From IMG/VR virus record IMGVR_UViG_3300042401_001180: a stretch of DNA of 64,000 nucleotides. The stretch is one strand, 5' to 3'. A program made the translations under genes and the position numbers. Of this stretch, positions 56,569 to 64,000 are shown piece by piece. How positions within the stretch are numbered: the first letter of the stretch is position 1; every line of letters begins with the position of its first letter. The notes under the pieces are model-generated. The model did no database searches. It worked only from the letters and a program-made list of their open reading frames with translations, and was not told the DNA's origin. Source of the stretch: a virus (taxonomy: Duplodnaviria; Heunggongvirae; Uroviricota; Caudoviricetes).

Positions 56569-57216
56569 TTACCACCCGTTCCCTCTTACACGATCCATTT
56601 CAAGATCACGAAGTTTATCTACATATAATTTATCAATATATCCAGGAGTTTCTTTTTCTTTTTTAATTAAATCATTTGCTTTCCATAAAGTATTTTTAAC
56701 AATGAAATCAATCATTTCATCATCTGTTACCCCTTCAGGTTTTGAAACAGGAGGTACACAAACTTGAGACTTTTCTGGATGTTCAGAAAAACTATTCATT
56801 GAAATGTCATTTCTTCCCAATTCTCTTTGGATTTTTTCTATCATTGTATCTTCAAACCATTCTTCAATTACATATCTTAAATAGTTTCTTCTTACAGGAA
56901 TATCAGTTTGTAAGTCATTAACAATGTCTTTGGGTATCCATAATTCCGATGTATCAAATTCTCGTTCACTTGTTTTTCGGGCATCATCCCAAACATCATG
57001 ATCATGGTTAAAATCCACACTAAATCGTGCTATCTCCATACCATTATTACACCATTCAAAAGTATAACTAAACTCGTAATCCTTCATTTGGTACATCTTA
57101 GCCCCATCAAAATAGTTATCTAACCAATTATATATTAGTTTTTCTACGTTTTGTGTTGGCTTTGGGTATTTCTTTTCTACCTCTTGTAATAATATTTTTT
57201 TAATTAAGTGTTTCAT
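56569..57216 (-). CDS. Leader-bearing hypothetical protein (MKHLIKKILLQE)
   Basis: 215 aa. Confidence 0.8.
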   Translation of the reverse strand: MKHLIKKILLQEVEKKYPKPTQNVEKLIYNWLDNYFDGAKMYQMKDYEFSYTFEWCNNGMEIARFSVDFNHDHDVWDDARKTSEREFDTSELWIPKDIVNDLQTDIPVRRNYLRYVIEEWFEDTMIEKIQRELGRNDISMNSFSEHPEKSQVCVPPVSKPEGVTDDEMIDFIVKNTLWKANDLIKKEKETPGYIDKLYVDKLRDLEMDRVRGNGW

Positions 57217-57247
57217 ACAATATATATAAATACCCTATAAAATGAAA

Positions 57248-57272
57248 AATGTGGAGTGTTACCTCCACATTT
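57248..57272. terminator. Hairpin / terminator after the DUF932 gene
   Basis: aaatgtggag-tgttac-ctccacattt perfect 10-bp stem. Confidence 0.7.
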
Positions 57273-57279
57273 ATGACTC

Positions 57280-58032
57280 TTACATCATTTCTTCAGCAAG
57301 TTCCCAAAGTTTTGTGTTTACTTGGTTCACAGCCATTATGTTTTGTAGTCCTCTGAGTTTAGTTCTTCGTCCTTTTGGTGATGAATATTCCATCCCTCCT
57401 CTGACAAACTTCTCCTGTACTACGTTGAATACTTTCCACATATCGTCACCTTCATCTTCAACACGGTTTGGTGTCAATAGTCCAACGATTTCCAAGTCGT
57501 TCAAGACTTTTTCTTTACTGAAACGAATCTCAGCAGATTTACGAACAAAATCAATTTTCTCGTCTGTTGTCATCTCACGTTCCATCATTCGGTTAACCGA
57601 TCCTTCAATTTTTGGTAGTTTACCTGCGAATGACTCTGTAAGTTGTTTTACGTCGTCCAAATCAAATCGTTGGTGTCTTACGTTAAAAGACTCTGCAAGT
57701 GCCGTGGGAACTGTTAATCCGTTGCTACATACCAATCGGTGAAGTCCTGCACTTACCCCAAGTGTCGTCATACCGTTGTGTGAGTTACGGATGATTGCCT
57801 CAACCAATGTATCACCAACTTTTGGTAGTTCGCCGTTACGTAAACGGATTTCGTGTACTCCGTACATTCCACGTCCTGTTTGTTTTGCTGATGCGATTTC
57901 CCATCCTTCTCTTTGGAAGTTTTCCAAGATATCCTCAGTTGGGACGAATACGTACTTATCAGACATCTTTGGAGATGCAGAAGTTGAGAAGATTGAAGGT
58001 GCTGTTGATTTAAGTTGTTCAAGTGTCATCAT
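57280..58032 (-). CDS. DUF932/DUF945-family phage protein
   Basis: APSIF......S..Y.F.PT..I......EGW, H..R.R, I.NSH.G.......G..R.VCSNGL, D.W..FN..QE. Confidence 0.85.
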   Translation of the reverse strand: MMTLEQLKSTAPSIFSTSASPKMSDKYVFVPTEDILENFQREGWEIASAKQTGRGMYGVHEIRLRNGELPKVGDTLVEAIIRNSHNGMTTLGVSAGLHRLVCSNGLTVPTALAESFNVRHQRFDLDDVKQLTESFAGKLPKIEGSVNRMMEREMTTDEKIDFVRKSAEIRFSKEKVLNDLEIVGLLTPNRVEDEGDDMWKVFNVVQEKFVRGGMEYSSPKGRRTKLRGLQNIMAVNQVNTKLWELAEEMM

Positions 58033-58056
58033 ATGTTTATCGTTTTAAATGTTTTA

Positions 58057-58088
58057 CAAAGATATGTCCTTTATTCTAAACTTCCAAA
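58057..58088 (-). promoter_or_regulatory. Consensus Bacteroidota sigma-A promoter upstream of DUF932
   Basis: TTTG (58088-58085)-N20-TATCTTTG (58064-58057). Confidence 0.75.
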
Positions 58089-58104
58089 TTTTTTTAATGT
58101 TTTT

Positions 58105-58443
58105 TTATAATACCGTTAATCTTTTTGATTTAACTGTTTTAACTTCAAGGTTTGGGTACCTCACGTTAAAAACGTTCTGAATTGCATCACTTTTTATGGA
58201 TGATCCATTAACGAATTCATTTGTTAAGTTCTTACCTATTGTATTTCTATCGTAATATAAATTGTTGGTTAATTTATCGTAATACATTATACCATTAATA
58301 TCTTTATCGATAACAATTATATATTCATCTCGTTCGTTTACTTCTTCAATACTTTCATTAATAAACAAAAACATCTTGTCTAATGTCTTGTTTATTTCCT
58401 CTGTATTTAACTTCGGTTTTTTTAACATTTTTAGTATACGCAT
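58105..58443 (-). CDS. Hypothetical protein with host-type promoter
   Basis: 112 aa; TATATTTG at 58484-58477. Confidence 0.65.
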   Translation of the reverse strand: MRILKMLKKPKLNTEEINKTLDKMFLFINESIEEVNERDEYIIVIDKDINGIMYYDKLTNNLYYDRNTIGKNLTNEFVNGSSIKSDAIQNVFNVRYPNLEVKTVKSKRLTVL

Positions 58444-58518
58444 CGCAGTTTACTCGTTTTGTGGTTTTACAAGATACAAATATAAGTGAAATTATAAAGA
58501 TTAGAAAGTATTTTTTCA

Positions 58519-58833
58519 TTATTCAGTTATTAAATTATTCACCAAAGATTTTATTCTTTCTTCACCAATAACACCAACCACAGTATCGGTTACATTTCCA
58601 TTTGAAAATACTTTAACAGCTGGAATGCTTCTGATTCCAAGTGTCTGCGCGTAATCCCTATTTTGATCAACATCCATCGTATACATTTGAACTTCTGTAT
58701 CATTGTTTAATGCAACTCTTTCAAATACAGGTTTCATCATTCTACATGGTCCACACCATTCGGCCCAAAACTCAACAATAATTTTTTCACCATTATTTAT
58801 TTTTTCTTGTAATTCTTTTGCAGTAATTTCCAT
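58519..58833 (-). CDS. trxA: Thioredoxin
   Basis: FWAEWCGPCRMMKP, D.DQN...A..LGIRSIP. Confidence 0.92.
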   Translation of the reverse strand: MEITAKELQEKINNGEKIIVEFWAEWCGPCRMMKPVFERVALNNDTEVQMYTMDVDQNRDYAQTLGIRSIPAVKVFSNGNVTDTVVGVIGEERIKSLVNNLITE

Positions 58834-58853
58834 TTTTAATTTTATTTTTTTAC

Positions 58854-59468
58854 TTATAAATAGTCATTTATCACTTCTTCTAACAAAGGATTCAATTCTT
58901 CTTTCAACATAATATAATAATCATTATTAAAATAATCAATTAACTCTCTCAATGTTTTAATGTTATTAAGTTTATTATCATTTTTTAAGTCCTTAACTGA
59001 ACTAACATTTCCGTCAACATCATACTCAGTACCATCTAAACCATATAAATAAGAAATATCAATAGGTAGTCCATTTTCGGAATCCCACATTAATGTTGCC
59101 ATTCCTGATAACACATACCCTTCTTTTGATCTATAATTAAAGTTAAGTGTTCCTGACCCCCAATCTTTAGTAATACTAACTCTTGATCCATCTTCGTAGT
59201 TATAATCTTTGGTTATTAAACCACTATTCCAAAGTAACTCATACAGGAAATTATATTTATCTTCGTATTCAGTCTTTTTATCGTTTATCATTTCACGATC
59301 ATAAAGTGAAATGATGACTACACCTTTATCTAAACCAGTATAATTAAGTATATCATCGATAGATTGTCCATCATCATACATAGTATTAATAAGAGTCTTT
59401 GTCTTATTAAAATCTAAATTACTTTCTTGTAACTTATTAAATTGTTCTTCTGTTATTATTATTTTCAT
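58854..59468 (-). CDS. Leader-bearing hypothetical protein (MKIIITEEQF)
   Basis: start set at 59468. Confidence 0.8.
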   Translation of the reverse strand: MKIIITEEQFNKLQESNLDFNKTKTLINTMYDDGQSIDDILNYTGLDKGVVIISLYDREMINDKKTEYEDKYNFLYELLWNSGLITKDYNYEDGSRVSITKDWGSGTLNFNYRSKEGYVLSGMATLMWDSENGLPIDISYLYGLDGTEYDVDGNVSSVKDLKNDNKLNNIKTLRELIDYFNNDYYIMLKEELNPLLEEVINDYL

Positions 59469-59863
59469 TACCACTGTCTATTTGTGTTGGTATTTATAAC
59501 CTCTCTAAGATTTAATCTGATATTATTTTTACCAACTATTTTTTCACAATCCATTTCTAATTCCCATACCATTTCACCAACATCCATACTGTTAAATATA
59601 GTTTCTACATAAACATCAATGGTAACAAACAAATGACTACTTTCTTTACCCGTTAGATAATCTTTTCCTGTAACCTTTTGTACGTCAACTACTTTTATTT
59701 CTTCTGTGACATAAACAGTATCTTCAACATATCCGTCAATAAATAAACCATTATCACTATCATCTTTTAATGATTGAAAAGCAATATCAATAAGTGATTG
59801 TATGGACTCCGTATTTGACTCCAACAACATTTTATACTGATTCTCTGTTATTATTATTTTCAT
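59468..59863 (-). CDS. Leader-bearing hypothetical protein (MKIIITENQY)
   Basis: start set at 59863; paralog of 47994-48368. Confidence 0.8.
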   Translation of the reverse strand: MKIIITENQYKMLLESNTESIQSLIDIAFQSLKDDSDNGLFIDGYVEDTVYVTEEIKVVDVQKVTGKDYLTGKESSHLFVTIDVYVETIFNSMDVGEMVWELEMDCEKIVGKNNIRLNLREVINTNTNRQW

Positions 59864-60417
59864 TCCTTTATCCAACACACATTTACATCAACCATTATTC
59901 CTGTTTTCTTTGTTACTTCTCTATATAAGATATCATCAATTACTCCCCCAATTTCACTTTCAATTTCCCACCACAAATCTTCATTTTTTTCTAAATCTTT
60001 TAAATAGTGGGTTTCCATATTAGTCATTAAAGTCACTTTACCATCACTTTCAACAGGACAATTAACAAAAAACGTATTATCTTCTTCATAAGAATCATCT
60101 AATTGGGGTTTAAATCTAAAATCATACCCCCCTCTAAAATCATAATCCATTGTATCAAAAGTTTTATCCATAAGTTCATATGACTTTTCAATCATCTTAT
60201 CCCAACCACCAAGAAAATCCCTATACATTTCATAAATTTCTAACCTACCTTGTGGTTTATAATTAATATAATCAACAACGTTAGGGTTAAAATCTATTTC
60301 ACCGCTACTATCAAGTTCACTTTGCCAAATCTTAAATAATATATTTTTAGCCACCTCATCTTCTTGGGTGTAATTTTCTAAAATTCTATATTGTGATTCT
60401 GTAATTATTATTTTCAT
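59860..60417 (-). CDS. Leader-bearing hypothetical protein (MKIIITESQY)
   Basis: paralog of 60417-60989 (LF..W......G...Y....GG..K). Confidence 0.8.
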   Translation of the reverse strand: MKIIITESQYRILENYTQEDEVAKNILFKIWQSELDSSGEIDFNPNVVDYINYKPQGRLEIYEMYRDFLGGWDKMIEKSYELMDKTFDTMDYDFRGGYDFRFKPQLDDSYEEDNTFFVNCPVESDGKVTLMTNMETHYLKDLEKNEDLWWEIESEIGGVIDDILYREVTKKTGIMVDVNVCWIKE

Positions 60418-60989
60418 TATCTTACCATTAAATCAACGTGTATTGGTATTAACCTATCTTTTAATAGGTTTGAAAAGAAACCATAGGTTTCATCAGTTAA
60501 AAATTGTACAAGATCACCTGATTCATATTCTAATAAACTATACTGTTCAAATATATCCATATTTGGTACCATATCCATCATATCTGTTTCTTCATTATGG
60601 ACATACCCATCAACAGTACCACCAACAACCCTACAAATAATATCAACCATTCCTCCTTGTCCTTTTAATCCGTATGAATACACCTCATCAACAAATATAA
60701 CCATATCTAAGTTGGCGTCTCCTTTAAAATGAAATTCTCCGTGTTCTATTTTATCCCTTACATCTTGAAGTATTTTTTCATATCCTCCGTTATATTCATA
60801 CCAAATAGGTCGAATCTTCTGATAATCCTCTCTACTATCTTTTCTTATGTCTGTAACGTGATATAGTATATCATCTAAAAAAGGTTCTTGTCCTTGTTTT
60901 TTTTGATTATCCCAAAATGAAAATAAAAAATCTCTAAGGTTATCCTCAGTTAAACTTTTATATTGTGCCTCGGTTATAATTATTTTCAT
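60417..60989 (-). CDS. Leader-bearing hypothetical protein (MKIIITEAQY)
   Basis: 190 aa. Confidence 0.8.
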   Translation of the reverse strand: MKIIITEAQYKSLTEDNLRDFLFSFWDNQKKQGQEPFLDDILYHVTDIRKDSREDYQKIRPIWYEYNGGYEKILQDVRDKIEHGEFHFKGDANLDMVIFVDEVYSYGLKGQGGMVDIICRVVGGTVDGYVHNEETDMMDMVPNMDIFEQYSLLEYESGDLVQFLTDETYGFFSNLLKDRLIPIHVDLMVR

Positions 60990-62215
60990 TTAATTCTTAA
61001 TTTTTGTCCCGCACTGATACTATCAGATTTTAATCCATTTAATTTTTTTATACTGTCAACGGTTATCGTTTTGTCGTATTTAGCAGCAATTTTAGATAAA
61101 GTATCACCAGATTTAACGGTGTATGTTATTAAAGGTTTAGTTATTTTTTCAAGATTACTTATCATTGAATCCATCCAATTAGATGGTTTTGGTGTGGTTG
61201 GTTTAGGTTTTGACTCTGTTGTTTTAGGTTTTGGTGTGGTTCCACTTTTTAACTCATCATCATATTTTAAAAGAGCACTTTGATTTGATTTCATCCTTTG
61301 AGCCACTGATCCCTTCATTCTTGGATCATCAGCCTTTGAGAAATCAATATCCCAACCTTCTAAATACTTTTCAGCCGCTAAGTTCCATTTACCTAAATTA
61401 ATATTTTTTACCCACTCATATCCACTTTTAGCTTCTCCCCTATAAACTGAATTTGTAAGAGCTCTTTGAACATATAGCGGGTATGTGTCGTATTTTGGGA
61501 ATAGTTTTTTAGCCTTTCCTTCCTCGTTTGAAATATCCTTACTTAATAGTTCCTCAGCCTTTTTATTAGATATAGCATTACCTGGTTTTGCATCTGTACC
61601 TGTATGTCCCCAACCAATCGTTAAAACACCACCATATGGTGATTTACTCTTTATAAATGTTTTAGGGTTTTTTGGGTCTTTATCATCAAACGTGTAGTGG
61701 CTACCCACAGAATTTGTAACTGTCGATTCAAAACTTTTAATAGTATCTCTAAACACTTTATCATCCACTAAACTTTCGTTTAATATTTTGTATTGTCTTT
61801 CTGTTATTATTATTTTCATATTTGATTCTTCAATTTTATCTTTTTTCTTTCCTTTCTCAGGGATTTTGTGTTCCTTTGGCACAATGTCAATTCCTATTTT
61901 TTTACCGAATATAATTAAAAATGGAGTAATGGGTATTGGAATCGGGATTATTGAAATGACAATCATTAGTAAGTTTTTAATAACGTCACCTGATTGTCCT
62001 TGAATAAACTCAATATCTTTTTTGTCTAAGTCAAAATCTCTATTTTTTACATATGACTTTACCGCATAGGTTAATATTCGGGCTAAAGCCTTAGTCTCCT
62101 CTATTTCAGACTTAGCTCTATTTTTAATATCTTTAAACTTGGATAATATTTTTTTTAATATCCCTTCTTCGCTTTTATCTTCGGATATTACTAAATCCTC
62201 CTTTTTAAATTCCAT
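60986..62215 (-). CDS. Fusion: helical N-module + internal leader + phage lysozyme (GH24-like) + LysM
   Basis: internal MKIIITERQYKILNE at 61819; I..FE...LTIGWGH; YTVKSGDTLSKIA.KY.....I..LNGL....I..GQKL.I. Confidence 0.8.
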   Translation of the reverse strand: MEFKKEDLVISEDKSEEGILKKILSKFKDIKNRAKSEIEETKALARILTYAVKSYVKNRDFDLDKKDIEFIQGQSGDVIKNLLMIVISIIPIPIPITPFLIIFGKKIGIDIVPKEHKIPEKGKKKDKIEESNMKIIITERQYKILNESLVDDKVFRDTIKSFESTVTNSVGSHYTFDDKDPKNPKTFIKSKSPYGGVLTIGWGHTGTDAKPGNAISNKKAEELLSKDISNEEGKAKKLFPKYDTYPLYVQRALTNSVYRGEAKSGYEWVKNINLGKWNLAAEKYLEGWDIDFSKADDPRMKGSVAQRMKSNQSALLKYDDELKSGTTPKPKTTESKPKPTTPKPSNWMDSMISNLEKITKPLITYTVKSGDTLSKIAAKYDKTITVDSIKKLNGLKSDSISAGQKLRIK

Positions 62216-62237
62216 AATAATAAATACCATAGAAAAC

Positions 62238-62266
62238 AAAAAAGTCAGGACTTAATCCTGACTTTT
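62238..62266 (-). terminator. Intrinsic terminator
   Basis: aaaagtcagga-cttaa-tcctgactttt perfect stem. Confidence 0.8.
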
Positions 62267-62284
62267 AATATATAGTAGATTGGT

Positions 62285-62536
62285 TTAAACTAACCCGTAA
62301 AGTGCTGCTTTGTCACCCATCAATTCTATTGCTTTAGCAACTGCCTCATCTTTAGTTTTTAAATCACCTAAAGAGAATTTTTTTCCGTGTAGGATATTAT
62401 ACACCGTAGATTTAACATCACTTTTAGTAAACTTATGTTTACTCTCTTTTTTAGGTTTTAGATTATCCTTAGCATAGATATCCAAGTAACCAACTTTGCA
62501 AATGTAACGTCCTTTGTTTCCTGTTTTTGTTGCCAT
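62285..62536 (-). CDS. Small basic hypothetical protein with host-type promoter
   Basis: 83 aa; TACATTTG at 62582-62575. Confidence 0.75.
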   Translation of the reverse strand: MATKTGNKGRYICKVGYLDIYAKDNLKPKKESKHKFTKSDVKSTVYNILHGKKFSLGDLKTKDEAVAKAIELMGDKAALYGLV

Positions 62537-62597
62537 AATTTTTCTTGTTTATTTTTAAATGATTTATAATAGTACAAATGTATAAAAACTATTTTGA

Positions 62598-63650
62598 TTA
62601 ATCAAATGAATCCTCAGAAGATTTTTTATTAAAGTGAAAATTATAATAAGGTGACATACGTTCATCATTATATAATCCAAACATTTCTAAAATACCTAAC
62701 AACTCCACCGATATTTCGTGTCTGTACATTTGTGTTATTTTGTATTCTTTTCCATCTTTTTTATTAACATCAATGAATAGTTGTAATATTGGTCTTCTAA
62801 TTCCTTCGTTTTGTTTCAACAAATAATCACGCAAACTAAAATCTAAAGGTATTCCCTCTCCGTATGTTTCTGAAAGTTCTGACATCGCGTTTAATGCAAC
62901 TTTTATTCCTTTAATGTCGTAACCAATCTCTGCTATTTTTTCTTCAGATTCTTTATTTTCATCCAATTTAAATTTCATATGATATCGTTTAAAATCAAAA
63001 CTATAGTCATATAAGCCATCATTATCTATTCCCATATATTTTAAATAATCAAAAAGGAGATCAATTATATCCAACTCATTATCCTCATAAATCACAATTG
63101 AGTTTCCATCAGTATTTACAATATCTAATGTTACGTAAATAACCTTAGTATTATTTATATCAAAGTTTTTATGAATATTTAATTCATAATTTATAACAAT
63201 ATCATTATCTTTTAACTGCGGTTGGTACGGTTTAATATATTTTTTTATTTCAGGTGTTGCATAATCAATTAAAATTGATGTTATATTTTTTATTTCTTCA
63301 TTAGATATATCATTTTTTTTTGATTCTTTTAGATTCTTTTTTTTACCCTGACAATACGCTCTTTGAGAAAATCCTTTTGAGTTACTACAGTTAATACTTT
63401 TTTTATATTTTTCTGTCCACTTTTCTGTTATTATTTCTTCTTCTTCTTTTTTATAGTTCTTCCAAAAGTTTTCAAGTTCTTCGTAGTTGTATTTTTTTTT
63501 ATGTGAATCATAACCACACATATGACATAGATAGGGGAATTTATCTTTTGGTTCTATTTTCCAAGAATGTTTGCACTTGTCACAATTAAACTTCTTTGAG
63601 TCATTTTCTCTTATTGTTTCTAATTGTTCCTTTGTGACTAATATTTTCAT
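62598..63650 (-). CDS. Leader-bearing multi-module protein (zinc ribbon + KW..KYKKSINC module + two further domains)
   Basis: MKILVTKEQLETIRE; CDKC..W.......LCHMCG; ITE|KWTEKYKKSINCSNSKGFSQRAYC; LKE|S; LDE|N. Confidence 0.75.
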   Translation of the reverse strand: MKILVTKEQLETIRENDSKKFNCDKCKHSWKIEPKDKFPYLCHMCGYDSHKKKYNYEELENFWKNYKKEEEEIITEKWTEKYKKSINCSNSKGFSQRAYCQGKKKNLKESKKNDISNEEIKNITSILIDYATPEIKKYIKPYQPQLKDNDIVINYELNIHKNFDINNTKVIYVTLDIVNTDGNSIVIYEDNELDIIDLLFDYLKYMGIDNDGLYDYSFDFKRYHMKFKLDENKESEEKIAEIGYDIKGIKVALNAMSELSETYGEGIPLDFSLRDYLLKQNEGIRRPILQLFIDVNKKDGKEYKITQMYRHEISVELLGILEMFGLYNDERMSPYYNFHFNKKSSEDSFD

Positions 63651-64000
63651 ACTTCTTTTTGATTACCAATAATAAAGTTCATATCTGTAATGAATTGTTC
63701 ACTCTTTGCTAAATCCATAACAATATCTTGTGGTAACTGACTACCTAACCCTCTAACACCGTATTTATTACCTAACTTATTTAAAGTGTTTATTGTACTG
63801 GTTGTTGTTTCATCACCAATTAAGAAATTTTCATAATCCTCATCATTTAAAATTGGAAATATTATTGTTCCTGTCATATCAGCATCAATTAAAATTGATG
63901 ACGATAATCTTATTTGTTTTGATCCTGAAGATTTTGGTGCCATTAATGTAGCTTTATTTGTTGCCAACTTTATCAGTCTTTCTTTACTAAAATAATACAA
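63647..64000 (-). CDS. C-terminal part of a hypothetical protein (5' truncated by window edge)
   Basis: frame open to the window end; ATGA coupling with 62598-63650. Confidence 0.7.
   Translation of the reverse strand: MYYFSKERLIKLATNKATLMAPKSSGSKQIRLSSSILIDADMTGTIIFPILNDEDYENFLIGDETTTSTINTLNKLGNKYGVRGLGSQLPQDIVMDLAKSEQFITDMNFIIGNQKEV

Noticed and set aside
45927-57216. Recurrent 25-30 bp sequences spaced through the array as a possible CRISPR or integron attC array
   Set aside because: The repeats are the coding 5' ends of genes, spacing is gene-sized and irregular, they are not palindromic attC-like sites, and no cas or integrase gene is present.
1331-62003. Numerous 60-170 aa ORFs antisense to or nested in long genes (e.g. 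1331-1534, 6443-6793, 14707-15129, 26528-26998, 57242-57742)
   Set aside because: Shadow ORFs: they overlap well-supported genes, show no recognisable motifs and lack the upstream motifs seen on real genes.
27663-62239. Upstream-extended starts in the ORF track (27848, 38913, 39475, 40079, 41731, 43457, 47290, 53377, 54973, 59474, 59878, 62239)
   Set aside because: The extensions run through intergenic motifs or neighbouring genes; the downstream ATG coincides with the leader, signal peptide or TATTTAT motif.
1-64000. Stop-codon recoding (as in some huge phages)
   Set aside because: Code 11 already gives dense, full-length genes; TAA, TGA and TAG all end genes at natural boundaries (e.g. 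TAG at 30207 and 35706, TGA overlaps).
1-64000. Eukaryotic giant virus or bacterial chromosome origin
   Set aside because: Bacteroidota promoters, intrinsic terminators, ATGA/TAATG coupling, a T9SS CTD and phage tail/lysozyme genes, with no housekeeping operons, fit a bacteriophage.

Overview
Strongly AT-rich, gene-dense fragment of a large (jumbo/huge) tailed bacteriophage genome, read in standard code 11 with most genes on the minus strand. The host is very probably Bacteroidota: TTTG-N19-20-TAnnTTTG promoters, no Shine-Dalgarno sites before genes, and a T9SS type-B cargo protein. Layout: 0.2-10.5 kb tail/fibre module (3 LamG proteins, repeat fibre, long coiled-coil fibre, BppU-like protein); 10.6-23.5 kb large putative head-internal/ejected proteins; 23.8-25.6 kb three-gene secreted-protein cassette; then long arrays of small hypothetical genes, interrupted by host-like auxiliary genes (M23 peptidase, PAP2, UvrC, SlyD, LpxH-like plus GT2, thioredoxin, DUF932, HNH) and a ~2 kb mostly non-coding origin/ncRNA-like region (43.9-45.9 kb). 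Main observation: about 36 otherwise diverse proteins start with one of four short interchangeable leaders (MKIIITExQ, M..LI(R/K)K(I/V)LxEE / MNLQExIR, M..EIxRIKxLM, RLTESDxxRIV), most ending in (I/L/V)-x-E. The same junction recurs inside polyproteins. This resembles a greatly expanded T4-type capsid-targeting/prohead-protease system for packaging an arsenal of cargo proteins. Other highlights: an intergenic element with 14-nt complementarity to the Bacteroidota 16S anti-SD and no canonical start codon, a promoter- and terminator-bounded ~140-nt structured RNA candidate, and a phage T9SS cassette with a shared C-terminal PIxHN motif. No tRNA, rRNA, CRISPR array, integrase or reverse transcriptase was seen. 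All family assignments come from motif recognition by eye, not database searches.
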